32,000 nucleotides of DNA, taken from positions 1,680,001 to 1,712,000 of the forward strand of contig CP001848.1 in NCBI GenBank assembly GCA_000025185.1. The letters run 5' to 3'. The notes under the pieces are model-generated. The model was given only the letters and a program-made list of their open reading frames with translations, was not told the origin of the DNA and did no database searches. The position numbers were made by a program, and so were the translations under genes. This DNA comes from Pirellula staleyi DSM 6068. Lineage in GTDB: Bacteria; Planctomycetota; Planctomycetia; Pirellulales; Pirellulaceae. Positions 19,801-24,648 of the stretch are shown one piece after another; the first letter of the stretch is position 1; each line of letters opens with the position of its first letter.

Positions 19801-20212
19801 TGCCACCTAAATCGTCGTCGATAGCGGTCCCGCCACCAAAATTTTGGGCATCGAGGATGAGCGGATTTCCGCCGAGCGAATAGCCGGTCCCTGTGAAGCG
19901 GAGGGCGTAGCGGTTGGTCGACAGCGTGTCGTTGAACTGCGTGAAGTTGGCGGCAGCGGCCGGGAAAACGAGAACGTCGCCATCTTGCGGCAGCGTGTTG
20001 GAGTCCCAGTTGGTGTTGGTTCCCGAGATCCCCCCGTTCCAGTTGCCATCGACGTCGCCGACCCAGGTGAGAGTGGCGAGCACTTCGCGGCGCTCGAGCG
20101 TTTCGAAGAACATGCGGCGCTTGGAGGCCAGAGTCGACTTCTTCTCACGACGGTCGCGGGGATTTTTAGCGCGAAGCGAAGCTGAACGACGATCGAGTGA
20201 ACCTGAACTCAT
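7883..20212 (-). CDS. Giant (~4,100 aa) secreted/surface mosaic protein: autotransporter-associated beta-strand repeats, PA14 domains, C-type lectin-like domains, beta-helix-like stalk, RTX Ca-binding repeats
   Basis: Single uninterrupted ORF 7883..20344. Start placed at ATG 20212-20210 (GGAG 8 nt upstream), giving MSSGSLDRRS...KRRMFFETLERREVLA. Domain motifs were read directly from the translation and are listed as sub-features. I counted four K.G.G.L.L.G...Y.G.T.V..G.L beta-strand repeats. Confidence 0.9.
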   Translation of the reverse strand: MSSGSLDRRSASLRAKNPRDRREKKSTLASKRRMFFETLERREVLATLTWVGDVDGNWNGGISGTNTNWDSNTLPQDGDVLVFPAAAANFTQFNDTLSTNRYALRFTGTGYSLGGNPLILDAQNFGGGTAIDDDLGGNTISTPLTLATSGTINVDAGTHNISGNVTLGFATLTVSGNGSTNITGNVLGGYQEGLLEASQSGNMSFAANNGTSIYAGYGGLTNGFRFGQMFANSVAPWAGTTTWVYNGQFYDADGVVAFAEQIDDRTYVVIDGVVRLDNSVWNVATSTGTLNLGMGPNGDGWHDIEVRFSNGGGGAGASGSTNGFTGWSSTYGFAWSESGNPAVNGNVADLQKLEETIDGTATRLRTPDGGIVKNGGGTLTLAGTGNNYVGLTRINAGVVSITSNNALGSGDGDTLVQAGGQLLVAAGLNLPASEALSINGRGNNLNGAIRLASGTSTIAGPITALGQAMITNAGSQLNLTSDITLRGGAELEIDGSGNTLVSGNVLGYEQEGLLEGLLAGAFDETSPNPGTVQRLGTPAGNATSRVGGNPGIYWLNDNVTWVYTGQFFDADGIVSFAESMDDNVRITIDGALYLRDTNAGTPTGTGRLNLGMGPNGDGWHNIEIRFGDGGGDGGAVPANNFGLTFGFGISDSGTSTVDGLLYTSPSETAGGGATSLRTIDGGLSKHGTGTLTLTGTGSSYSGPTRVTGGTLVATTSAALGTTTSDTYVSDGATLALQGNLTFGAGEDITLGNVAAAGNTGLVILSGSTSLPGAVKAAIVDRGTMGIHNDGTSLTIGSMDVGLSGLRVSGSGNTTVTGNVTGLGSSANVQGGLRGEYYALGAGGATTFLNPINVASTPINLQSYIPTVANYLTPTIDFGGGTETIPGNGSILDRGDSSGNFFGGIGVNVGNDMAAYWEGRIRITVAGHYQFTTRSDDGSKLFINGREVVNNNFAQGMTNRSGTIYLTPGDYDILIAAFDSGGNGGIQASWQLSAGSQSFARQIIPSSVLLNDIATPGTFVPGGLRGQYFNAASIAPAFPSSATTLLNSPGTVALPNQLVTLLPTTKFTRFVDFGIGTEITSGLGGTIERGGSNGNVYAGVGVNVGADNIGGRWVGKITVPENATYRFGTRSDDGSKLFINGTQVVDNNFSQGMTTRTGDIVLTAGVHDIEITYYEGNGGSGVQAFWQQLDGTNPFGRRVIDPAALSISLLGNNFLTKQGTGVLTLGGSSNFSGVTTVSQGTLRVNGSLVDGAAATDVTVASGARLEGTGTIAGAVAAAALSTVAPGNPTGTLSVGSAALSSTGIVELVISGNTAGSYDALSSSGAIALSGATLQLSGSYVPVPGDTLTLVSAAGGISGTFANYPTSGLVVINGAPMQLTYGANSVTLAYDQTPTVVGTNLDQDFRVQTSGGNLQVFIDNVLTINTPLSQLSSLEISGQGGDDDFVIDYTASGGIFALPITVHGNTQGVDGDDLEVLGGNPNTVTYNYVNATDGSISIDGTLITYTGLEPVLTDFDASPAIAIFNLPGTSDQAILEDNGLLGDGLIRLRSQNGTPTFEVTTFSVPTQQLTINMGADAGVLTVAPGSDLRSAVTINGDGASDIVRITGALGLGNAANTGNLTINAERTEISANISTDLGTNAGSIAINGDARIGESLVLDTDSLAGTDGSVSFTGNVRALKGYVFVGAGQNWTNARALALASTLDGMSGYLVNIRSAAENAYVRSIGGTSTVWIGANDVLVEGAWRWADGPDAGVQFWQGTGSGSGGVTVGGNYANWNGTGEPNNSPDEDAATMIANGTWNDLGVGSSNAYIIEYGSSLFAADLTISTGSSNVTFGAGVGDNNQPLNNVTISAASTSFGGNVATISDLTVNSTVSLATNVTVSGDDLQFASTIDSSGGARTLTANGRSSVIVGGNIGSGAVLTSVSMNAPLIVVDDVTTTGAQTFASTNSIITRATHTTSGGAVTFSGPLNVLSGTTINTAGGNVVFGGTVDTMSHYQIVASALTWSNARTAATSLSFLGTTGHLASIRSAVENSRINAIGSGTAWIGANDTAVEGAWRWADGPDNNVQFWSGAVGGSTVGGNYANWNTGEPNQSGDEDGAEFQFGTGGWNDLNITSTRNYIVEFNAASPQSLSVNAGAGTISAANVMGSIYRLSSVNFAGSNISLVGVDTTGTQTFTASGETTVARGNTTEGAAINFSGGVRLAGAVNINTTANGAVGAAVTFGGAVNQIASNHVNVNTGGPITWTAARAAALAAGGYLANITSPAENAAITATLGGGRAWIGASDLQTESTWRWMDGPEAGSIFWIGTAGGTAQNGFYTNWNSGEPNQSGDEDYAEIIGAGGWNDLTINNGAATRFILEYNPDLPLTITAGVGDVNFNGQVGNSRAPGSIVIASGDDVTFSQNTTAGSVSVTAANTIVSSALLSTTTTASLTSGGIINLGSTNIGSNFAVTAAGLISNSGNVVVVGALTKSGAGRFDLTGAGNSAGSTSVSTGELRVLGTLNSSVNVAAAATLSGTGSVVGALSGTGASLVAAGTGTSTTGTLATGNIVGSAGNVYSFEIGGLTPGDGGANTHDQLNTTGTINLGGATLNVSLLGGFTPNALTLQEIILITNDGTDAVVGTFAGLAEGAAVVVGGSTFYISYSADSAGPGAGNDVALYSQPIINGTAGADIVTVTAADGAGNITVTYSLNNGAVIGGYTTTTPPNAFTFYGGDSDDTLNVNLNAINVALPGGIYYDGEGQGSPVAAGGNPSFGDVLAIVGTGLQTATYTSDAVIARAGTITSDALAGTITFRGLEPVNMFNLASAVVNFGGAADTIDISAGFGATVATSAIPALVVSGNSGGVAFEQVHLSGNIAVEINTVTGGSDAADSVTITSGANAHANANITIDTGVGADTIEVDGPLMVGAGGAISLTSGGSISVNNTITAGLAVTLTALTGSISDGNGASVNVATGLLVAQAATGVANAIDLDTTITSLIVSTTGATNGNININETSGLAVSSATTVNGNITLTAASGDIAVTTITAVGDATLVATTGAITDANAGVLNVSASNLSATSASGIDLDTSIATLTASVTGTGAIDIDEASAITLTSITTNNGLVDITSATGTMTVTSINAAGAVNLAVTDTGAADDDIIVSGTLSSTSNVVLLAGDDATLSGTISATGTVSVTIDAASADVGGATLSFAGDIDAVSATFTGGAEIDTFNVRPDQDNGLASTPISIFGGDPTMPAGDLLVLDITGLGVPTLTLGAVNYSGVWSFGASAAGVAYSSIETVQTTPLTSVYNLVLDMRIAGFQNGAADAIEIFLSAPNVFEVEVNGLGKFSGQADTINSFTVIGSSDSESLTIRETAAGLPSFDGAAPLVDNSLASGGVSNGAHLNIAADAYYTASNLTDVTIHFDGGLGDNSLALELLTAADVGYFSDVLDGQGSGNVGVGPSGAPLTLVSFADLDTLILDGAGGNLVVDASSSTSTADIEISDDGAAADGVTEITADTGLVATTTFEGFLALDLIAGGGNEAIDLVNIDSTSSLTSIDIVAGSSLAATDNSAHTVRIHAIKSGVPVTVTGDIGVDTFQVFDSGNSASNIASTLSFNGVAGDDDSLIVVDSGSVSADSVVITRTTIEGLTIASGIDITFTSIDDLDVTTSGGADTIRVNMTEAANDLDTAVVTGAGDNDQFYVNAADFLARLTLNGGLGDDTFGGTPSSTAPGYLLSASELDGVDDMIRPSLTTPFFINGNDPSVLPGDVLNIDVSALGGGLAATSPVLVSSGQVLSSTHATVTFTTIEDLNLADDGEMTSATINDIYIRGTNGNDTIQFARANTTLEPSRTRVQIGSSYTYHNVPGKTLVYGRGGNDIINQSNLQIPAEFYGEAGDDFLTGSFNNDLLVGGLGNDRINASSGNNIVWGDDAPTSDELNPHELNIGGNDTLSALGGNDLFYAGGGNDSVSPGAGDDWIHGGYGNDQLSGSSGNDRIYGAQGNDTISGDVGDDFLSGGDGDDRLYGRDGNDVLIGGDGVDLVDGGNGNDLVLAAITTYQGTSDTATSNTYSSAVDAAMLALLVAWNSGGPVAPNLTHTDDLDRDTVYGGSGNDLFGTHTNADPLTSDIRGDFNNSQDTSL
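8147..8686 (-). other. RTX / hemolysin-type calcium-binding nonapeptide repeat block (domain of the giant CDS)
   Basis: GRGGNDIIN...GGLGNDRIN...GGNDTLSALGGNDLFYAGGGNDSVSPGAGDDWIHGGYGNDQLSGSSGNDRIYGAQGNDTISGDVGDDFLSGGDGDDRLYGRDGNDVLIGGDGVDLVDGGNGNDLVLA. Roughly 13-15 GGxGxDxUx-type units. One orphan unit, YGGSGNDLF, lies at 7961-7987. Confidence 0.85.
13136..13486 (-). other. C-type lectin-like domain 3 (domain of the giant CDS)
   Basis: WTAARAAALAAGGYLANITSPAENAAI...AWIGASDLQTESTWRWMDGP...YTNWNSGEPNQSGDEDYAEIIGAGGWNDLTINNGAATRFILEY. The WIGxxD, EPN and WND motifs are present and there is no Cys. Confidence 0.8.
13847..14206 (-). other. C-type lectin-like domain 2 (domain of the giant CDS)
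   Basis: WSNARTAATSLSFLGTTGHLASIRSAVENSRI...AWIGANDTAVEGAWRWADGP...YANWNTGEPNQSGDEDGAEFQFGTGGWNDLNITSTRNYIVEF. Confidence 0.8.
14777..15148 (-). other. C-type lectin-like domain 1 (domain of the giant CDS)
   Basis: WTNARALALASTLDGMSGYLVNIRSAAENAYV...VWIGANDVLVEGAWRWADGP...YANWNGTGEPNNSPDEDAATMIANGTWNDLGVGSSNAYIIEY. Confidence 0.8.
16655..17152 (-). other. PA14 domain 2 (domain of the giant CDS)
   Basis: GGLRGQYFNA...GGRWVGKITVPENATYRFGTRSDDGSKLFINGTQVVDNNFSQGMTTRTGDIVLTAGVHDIEITYYEGNGGSGVQAFWQ matches the canonical PA14 pattern. Confidence 0.85.
17243..17725 (-). other. PA14 domain 1 (domain of the giant CDS)
   Basis: GGLRGEYYALG...AAYWEGRIRITVAGHYQFTTRSDDGSKLFINGREVVNNNFAQGMTNRSGTIYLTPGDYDILIAAFDSGGNGGIQASWQ. 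Confidence 0.85.
18305..18694 (-). other. Divergent PA14-like module B (domain of the giant CDS)
   Basis: GYEQEGLLEG...VTWVYTGQFFDADGIVSFAESMDDNVRITIDGALYLRD...LNLGMGPNGDGWHNIEIRFGDGGGDGG. It has the same length and register as module A, 318 aa downstream of it. Confidence 0.5.
19259..19648 (-). other. Divergent PA14-like module A (domain of the giant CDS)
   Basis: GYQEGLLEAS...TTWVYNGQFYDADGVVAFAEQIDDRTYVVIDGVVRLDN...LNLGMGPNGDGWHDIEVRFSNGGGGAG. The layout is PA14/GLEYA-like (G.Y.F....DD....idG....), but the call is by pattern only. Confidence 0.5.
20075..20119 (-). other. N-terminal RRMFFETLERREVLA motif of the giant protein
   Basis: A basic stretch followed by F-E-x-L-E-x-R-x-x-L-A. I recall [RK]R..E.LE.R.LL[AS] as a recurrent N-terminal signature of very large planctomycetal secreted proteins. 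No classical hydrophobic Sec h-region is visible. Confidence 0.5.
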
Positions 20213-20706
20213 GAGCGAAACTCCAAGCTGCAAATTGACGGAGCGCGATCGACAGCCGCAGCGCGGTGGCTTTCCGAGGAAAGTAGCGACTGCGAAGACG
20301 ATCTCGCCGAAAATTTCCACCCCAGGAGTTCTGTTGCACTTCAAACGCTCGGATCGCGCGGCGCAGTGAGCTCGAGCCGCAGCAACGAGTGAACGGTGCT
20401 GCGGATAAGCCAGTGTTGAGCGCGAAGCATCGCCGCACGGCGGCTGGCGATACTGGAAAACGCGGAGAGTTTCGACGAAGCAGGGGTTGCTAAGTAACCT
20501 GAATTCCGTTGCGGTTACGAGGCAGGGCTACGAGCGAAAACTGACGCGAGGCGAGAGAAGTGGGAGAGGCACCTAGTGGGGGAAATTGGGGGAGGTAAGG
20601 GGAACGACTCGAGGCGATCTTGGATTCGTGGCGTGGCAGACTGCTGAGCGCAACGATCAGCGCTTCAGCATAGTTGGGGAGATCCAAAAACGCACCTTCT
20701 GACTAG

Positions 20707-20736
20707 ACAATAATAAGGTGATCGTCAGCCAGTCAA
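20707..20736 (-). promoter_or_regulatory. Candidate sigma70-type promoter for the giant gene (TTGACT-18-TATTGT on the minus strand)
   Basis: Plus-strand AGTCAA at 20731-20736 is the -35 TTGACT. ACAATA at 20707-20712 is the -10 TATTGT. It sits in the only AT-rich patch of the 770-nt upstream region and implies a ~490-nt leader. Confidence 0.3.
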
Positions 20737-20888
20737 CAGAATTTAGTGCAAACTGGATGGAATGTGCACGCAGGGAACGCCTTTTGGGGTGGATAAATGT
20801 CCGCAAATGGGAGTGGCGGAGAGGCGATTGACGTGCCAAAGCGGGTTTGAAGCAGCAGCCGTGAGATCGAAGCGGGCTGATCGGAACG

Positions 20889-20923
20889 CAAAAAAAGCTG
20901 AAGAACCTTGCGGCGCTTCAGCT
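20889..20923 (-). terminator. Rho-independent terminator of the DUF1080 gene
   Basis: AGCTGAAG (20896-20903) and CTTCAGCT (20916-20923) are exact complements with a 12-nt loop. On the minus strand the hairpin is followed by TTTTTTTG (A-run 20890-20896 on plus). It lies 58 nt downstream of the stop at 20981. Confidence 0.75.
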
Positions 20924-20980
20924 TTCATGATCTGGGTGAATAGTCGCGAAAACTATCGCAACTGTTTATCTATAAAGAAC

Positions 20981-21685
20981 TTAGGGTAGTTCTTTGATGT
21001 AGATGTTGCGGAAGTAGAGCGTGTTGCCGTGGTTTTGGAGCTCGATCTGTCCGGTGGGGTAGATCGGCTTGTCTCGTTCCCAGTAGTTCTCGAGCGTGAC
21101 ATCGGTGACCACGTTCTTGCCGTTGAGCTGGATCGTCACCTTTTCACCCACCATGCGGATGAAGAAGGTATTCCACTCACCCACTGGCTTATCGGCCTTC
21201 ACTTCGGCCTGATTGGGGTTCTTTTGGTTGTTCCAGAGGCTTCCCGAGCCCTTGTTGGCACCGAGTTTCCAGAGAGGTTCGTGATCGGTGTCCCAGATCT
21301 GAACCTGAGGGCTGCCACGGAGATAGATGCCGCTGTCGCCTGCTTTTTCGATCTTCCAGTCGACGTAGAGCTCGAAATTGGCGTAGTCCTTGGCGGTGCA
21401 GAGGCTGTCACCCTTGCCGTCGAACACAATGATGCCGTTTTCCACTTTCCAGTGGTCGCGCATCTTTTGATCGGCCTTCGCTTGGGCAGCGGCGAGATCT
21501 TCCGGCTTCATCTCGGCGCGGCTCTTAGGATTGCCAACCAATCCCTTCCAGCCGGTGAGATCGACACCGTTAAACAGGGCCGTGAAACCTTCCGGGGGAG
21601 TGTTCAGCTTTTCCTCGGCAGCGGTTGCCGAGCACCAAACACCGAGGGCAACAAACAAACCAGCAAGCGTGAGCAACGAGCGCAT
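20981..21685 (-). CDS. Secreted DUF1080 (3-keto-disaccharide hydrolase-like) domain protein
   Basis: ORF 20981..21745. Start moved to ATG 21685-21683 (GGAG 9 nt upstream), giving the signal peptide MRSLLTLAGLFVALGVWCSATAAEE. FNGVDLTGWKG...HWKVENGIIVFDGKG..LCTAKDYANFELYVDWKI..AGDSGIYLRG...PVGEWNTFFIRMVGEKVTIQLNGKNV fits the DUF1080 pattern. Confidence 0.9.
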   Translation of the reverse strand: MRSLLTLAGLFVALGVWCSATAAEEKLNTPPEGFTALFNGVDLTGWKGLVGNPKSRAEMKPEDLAAAQAKADQKMRDHWKVENGIIVFDGKGDSLCTAKDYANFELYVDWKIEKAGDSGIYLRGSPQVQIWDTDHEPLWKLGANKGSGSLWNNQKNPNQAEVKADKPVGEWNTFFIRMVGEKVTIQLNGKNVVTDVTLENYWERDKPIYPTGQIELQNHGNTLYFRNIYIKELP

Positions 21686-22020
21686 GGGCGCAAGCTCCAA
21701 AGACACGAGTAGCAAAGGTGGGATATCTAGCGGAGAGCGATCCACGATGGACCGGTCGCGGAGAGTCTAACGCACTTCCCGGGCGATAGCGAGCAAAAAA
21801 GAGGCCCAAAATCGGCTGAATCACCCTTCCGGCGGCGGCTTCCAATATTCCCGGTCCGCTGGCGAATAGAACGATAACGATCGCCGCAAAATAGGTGGCG
21901 AAAGTTAGTCACTGCTCGATTTCTCGTCTACGATGCAGGGAGATTTCCCAACCTGCGGCACGCAGCAACGCACGGGCTTGCTGCCCGATTCCGCCACCTC
22001 AATTTCGAGGAGGAGAGGCC

Positions 22021-22701
22021 ATGTTTGACAGCTACTTGTCGATCGTCTTTTTGGTCATGGCCGTTTTTGGCGGAACAATCCTGACGATTCAATTCGTCCT
22101 CACCGTGCTCGGTGTCGGGGGAGTCGATCTTGTCGAAACTCTGACCCACGATGCCGGTGATATCGCTGATGCCGATGGGTCGGGTGGTGACGCACACAGC
22201 CATCACGGGGGTAGCGATCAATCCGAAGATCCGCATGGTACGGCCTCGCTGCTGGGGATGATCTCGTTTCGAACCCTGGTGGCAGCCGCCACTTTCTTTG
22301 GTTTGGCAGGGCTCGCCGCTGCTGGTGGGCGTCAGCCGCAGGTGGTGCAGGTCGGCATCGCACTCTTAGCCGGCGCGGGCGCAATGTATGGCGTACATTC
22401 GCTCATGCGGGCGATGGGTCGCCTTACCGAAGATGGCACCGTGCGAGTACGTAAAGCCATTGGCCTGGTGGCCACTGTCTACGTGCCGATCGCGGCCCAC
22501 GGCAAGTCGACCGGCAAAGTTCAGCTGTCGCTTCAGAATCGTGTGATGGAATACGAAGCGATTGCCAAAGCTAGCCATTCGCTCGCAACGGGAACGAAGG
22601 TCCGTGTGATAGCCGTCGAAGGAAATGTGCTCGAAGTCGAGCCTCTGGTGACAGAGACCACTGCTTCGCACGCTTCAGCCGAGACCAAAGCACACGCCTA
22701 A
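22021..22701 (+). CDS. NfeD/YqiJ-like membrane protein (flotillin-associated)
   Basis: ORF 21895..22701. Start moved to ATG 22021, preceded by GAGGAGGAGAGG. It has N-terminal TM helices and the C-terminal OB-like pattern GLVATVYVPIAAHGKSTGKVQLSLQNRVMEYEAIA...LATGTKVRVIAVEGNVLEVEPL typical of NfeD. It lies directly upstream of a flotillin gene. Confidence 0.8.
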   Translation: MFDSYLSIVFLVMAVFGGTILTIQFVLTVLGVGGVDLVETLTHDAGDIADADGSGGDAHSHHGGSDQSEDPHGTASLLGMISFRTLVAAATFFGLAGLAAAGGRQPQVVQVGIALLAGAGAMYGVHSLMRAMGRLTEDGTVRVRKAIGLVATVYVPIAAHGKSTGKVQLSLQNRVMEYEAIAKASHSLATGTKVRVIAVEGNVLEVEPLVTETTASHASAETKAHA

Positions 22702-22896
22702 GTTGCTTCTGCTTGGCCTACAGAAACAGAATCAACCAGCTGCGCTCGCTGTGCGCCTGCATCTGCGCACGCGCTCGGCTGCTCACGCTATCGACACGAT
22801 CCCAAACAACATCAAGACCACGACAACGATCACCACCAAGTAGCGCTGCACTACCGAGGCTCACCCCTCCGTCCAGAGATCAAGGAGTAACCCCCC

Positions 22897-24501
22897 ATGG
22901 TTGAAGTACTGATTCCTATTGTGATGGGCGTGATGTTCATCGGCATGCTCGCGTTCGGGCTCTTTATTGCTTTCATCAAGCAATTCAAGCGCTGCCCGAG
23001 CAACCGCGTGCTCGTGATTTTCGGTCGCACCGGCAAAGGTTCGAGCCACACCATCCATGGTGGCGCGAAGTTCGTGTGGCCCTTCATTCAGGACTACGCC
23101 TACCTGAGCCTCGAGCCGATTCAAATCGAAGTTCCTCTGCGTGGCGCACTCTCGTCGGAGAACATCCGCGTGAATGTGCCGAGCGTCTTCACCGTCGCGA
23201 TCGACACCAAGCCCGACGTGATGGCCAACGCTGCTGTTCGTTTGCTCGGCCTCACCGTCCAAGAGATTCGCAAGCAAGCGGAAGAAATGATCTTCGGCCA
23301 GCTGCGACAAGTGATTGCTTCGATGGGCATCGAAGAAATCAACCGCGATCGCGATAAGTTCCTCGAACATGTGCAGCACTCGCTCGAGCCGGAACTGGCG
23401 AAGATCGGTCTGCAGCTGATCAACGTCAACATCACCGACATCACCGACGAATCGGGCTACATCGACGCGATTGGCCAGAAGGCTGCTTCGCTCGCGATTC
23501 AGCAGGCACGTGGCGACGTCGCCGACAACGAAAAGATGGGAGAAACGCGCGTGGCGGCTGCCGAGCGCGATAAGAGCATTCAAGTGGCCAACGCTCGCAA
23601 AGAGCAAGCGATCGGAACCCGCGAAGCACAGCGTGATCAGCTCGTTTCGATTGCCTCGCTCGAACGCGATCAAGAGATCGGTGAGAAGCAAGCGGCTTAC
23701 GAGCGCGAAGCGCAGGTGAAGCTCGCCGAGCGTCAAATGCGTATCCAAGTGGCCGAAGCAGATGCGACGGCGATCGACGGCGAAAACCTTTCCGCCGCTC
23801 GTGTCGCTGCCTCGCAAGCTGAACTCGCTGTGAAAAAAGCCGAAGCCTACGAACGTGGCGAAAGCCGTCGTAAGACAGCCGAAGCAAGCGTGATGGAAGT
23901 TCAAAACCGCGCGCTAGCCAAGGCGGCGCTCGCTGAAGCCGAACGTGTAGAAGCTGAACAGCGTGCCAAGCTCGAAGCTCCTGCCAAGGCTCAAAAGGCC
24001 CGCGCCATTGTCGACGCCGAAGCTGTCGCCGAGAAACGAATCATCGAAGCCAAAGCTGAAGCCGATGCGATCTACCTCAAGCTCGAAGCAGAAGCTCGTG
24101 GTCAGTACGAGATCCTCGCCAAGAAGGGTGATGGTCTCAAGCAGATTGTCGAAGCTTGCGGTGGCGCAAACCAGGCGTTCCAAATGCTGATGCTCGAACA
24201 CCTCGACAACCTGGCGGAAGCTTCGGCCAAGGCGATCTCGAACATCAAGTTCGACAAGGTGGTGGTGTGGGAAGGTGGCGGCAATGGCAACGGACGGAGC
24301 AGCACGGCTGACTTCCTCAGTGGCATGGCGAAGAGCCTGCCGCCGATGATGCAAGTGATGCGCGATATTGGTGGCGTCGAGCTTCCCGAATCGCTCGTGA
24401 AGCTGCATGGCGACAACACTGCCACCGGGACCGCGTCGACCGAAGCAACGTCGACCAGCACCGCAGCCGCTACAAAATCCGAGAAACCACCGAAGGCTTA
24501 A
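22897..24501 (+). CDS. Flotillin family SPFH/band-7 protein (FloT/YuaG-like)
   Basis: AAGGAG lies 9 nt upstream of ATG 22897. An N-terminal hairpin/TM (MVEVLIPIVMGVMFIGMLAFGLFIAFI) is followed by an SPFH domain (RVLVIFGR...FVWPFIQDYAYLSLEPIQIEV...ENIRVNV). A long Ala/Glu/Lys/Gln-rich flotillin coiled-coil region and the conserved tail GGANQAFQMLMLEHLDNLAEASAKAISNIKFDKVVVW follow. Confidence 0.93.
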   Translation: MVEVLIPIVMGVMFIGMLAFGLFIAFIKQFKRCPSNRVLVIFGRTGKGSSHTIHGGAKFVWPFIQDYAYLSLEPIQIEVPLRGALSSENIRVNVPSVFTVAIDTKPDVMANAAVRLLGLTVQEIRKQAEEMIFGQLRQVIASMGIEEINRDRDKFLEHVQHSLEPELAKIGLQLINVNITDITDESGYIDAIGQKAASLAIQQARGDVADNEKMGETRVAAAERDKSIQVANARKEQAIGTREAQRDQLVSIASLERDQEIGEKQAAYEREAQVKLAERQMRIQVAEADATAIDGENLSAARVAASQAELAVKKAEAYERGESRRKTAEASVMEVQNRALAKAALAEAERVEAEQRAKLEAPAKAQKARAIVDAEAVAEKRIIEAKAEADAIYLKLEAEARGQYEILAKKGDGLKQIVEACGGANQAFQMLMLEHLDNLAEASAKAISNIKFDKVVVWEGGGNGNGRSSTADFLSGMAKSLPPMMQVMRDIGGVELPESLVKLHGDNTATGTASTEATSTSTAAATKSEKPPKA

Positions 24502-24576
24502 CGAGCTTTCCTAAGCAGAATTGCGAGCTCGTAGGCTCATCCCTACTTGCCGCAGCTCGCTAAATCGAGAACGATG

Positions 24577-24620
24577 CGCTCGCGCGAAGTTGATCTTCGT
24601 GCGAGCGTTTTTCGTTTCTT
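24577..24620 (+). terminator. Rho-independent terminator of the NfeD-flotillin operon
   Basis: CGCTCGCGCGAAG (24577-24589), loop ttgat, CTTCGTGCGAGCG (24595-24607). This is a 13-bp stem with one G:U pair, followed by TTTTTCGTTTCTT. Confidence 0.85.
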
Positions 24621-24648
24621 GATCCCCTTCGCGCAGGAGTAACGTGCG

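Noticed and set aside
7898-20369. Many long plus-strand ORFs (e.g. 7898..10522 at 874 aa, 13355..15130 at 591 aa, 16499..17635, 17852..18988, 10608..11672) and alternative-frame minus ORFs inside the giant gene
   Set aside because: They lie antisense to, or out of frame with, an uninterrupted 12.3-kb ORF whose translation carries clear PA14, CTLD and RTX motifs. Their products are Arg/Ala/Val/Asp-rich low-complexity strings. This is typical of shadow ORFs in GC-rich genes that avoid TTA/CTA/TCA codons.
22861-23904. 347-aa minus-strand ORF, plus 23914..24408 and 24102..24461
   Set aside because: They are antisense to the flotillin gene, and the products have no recognisable features.
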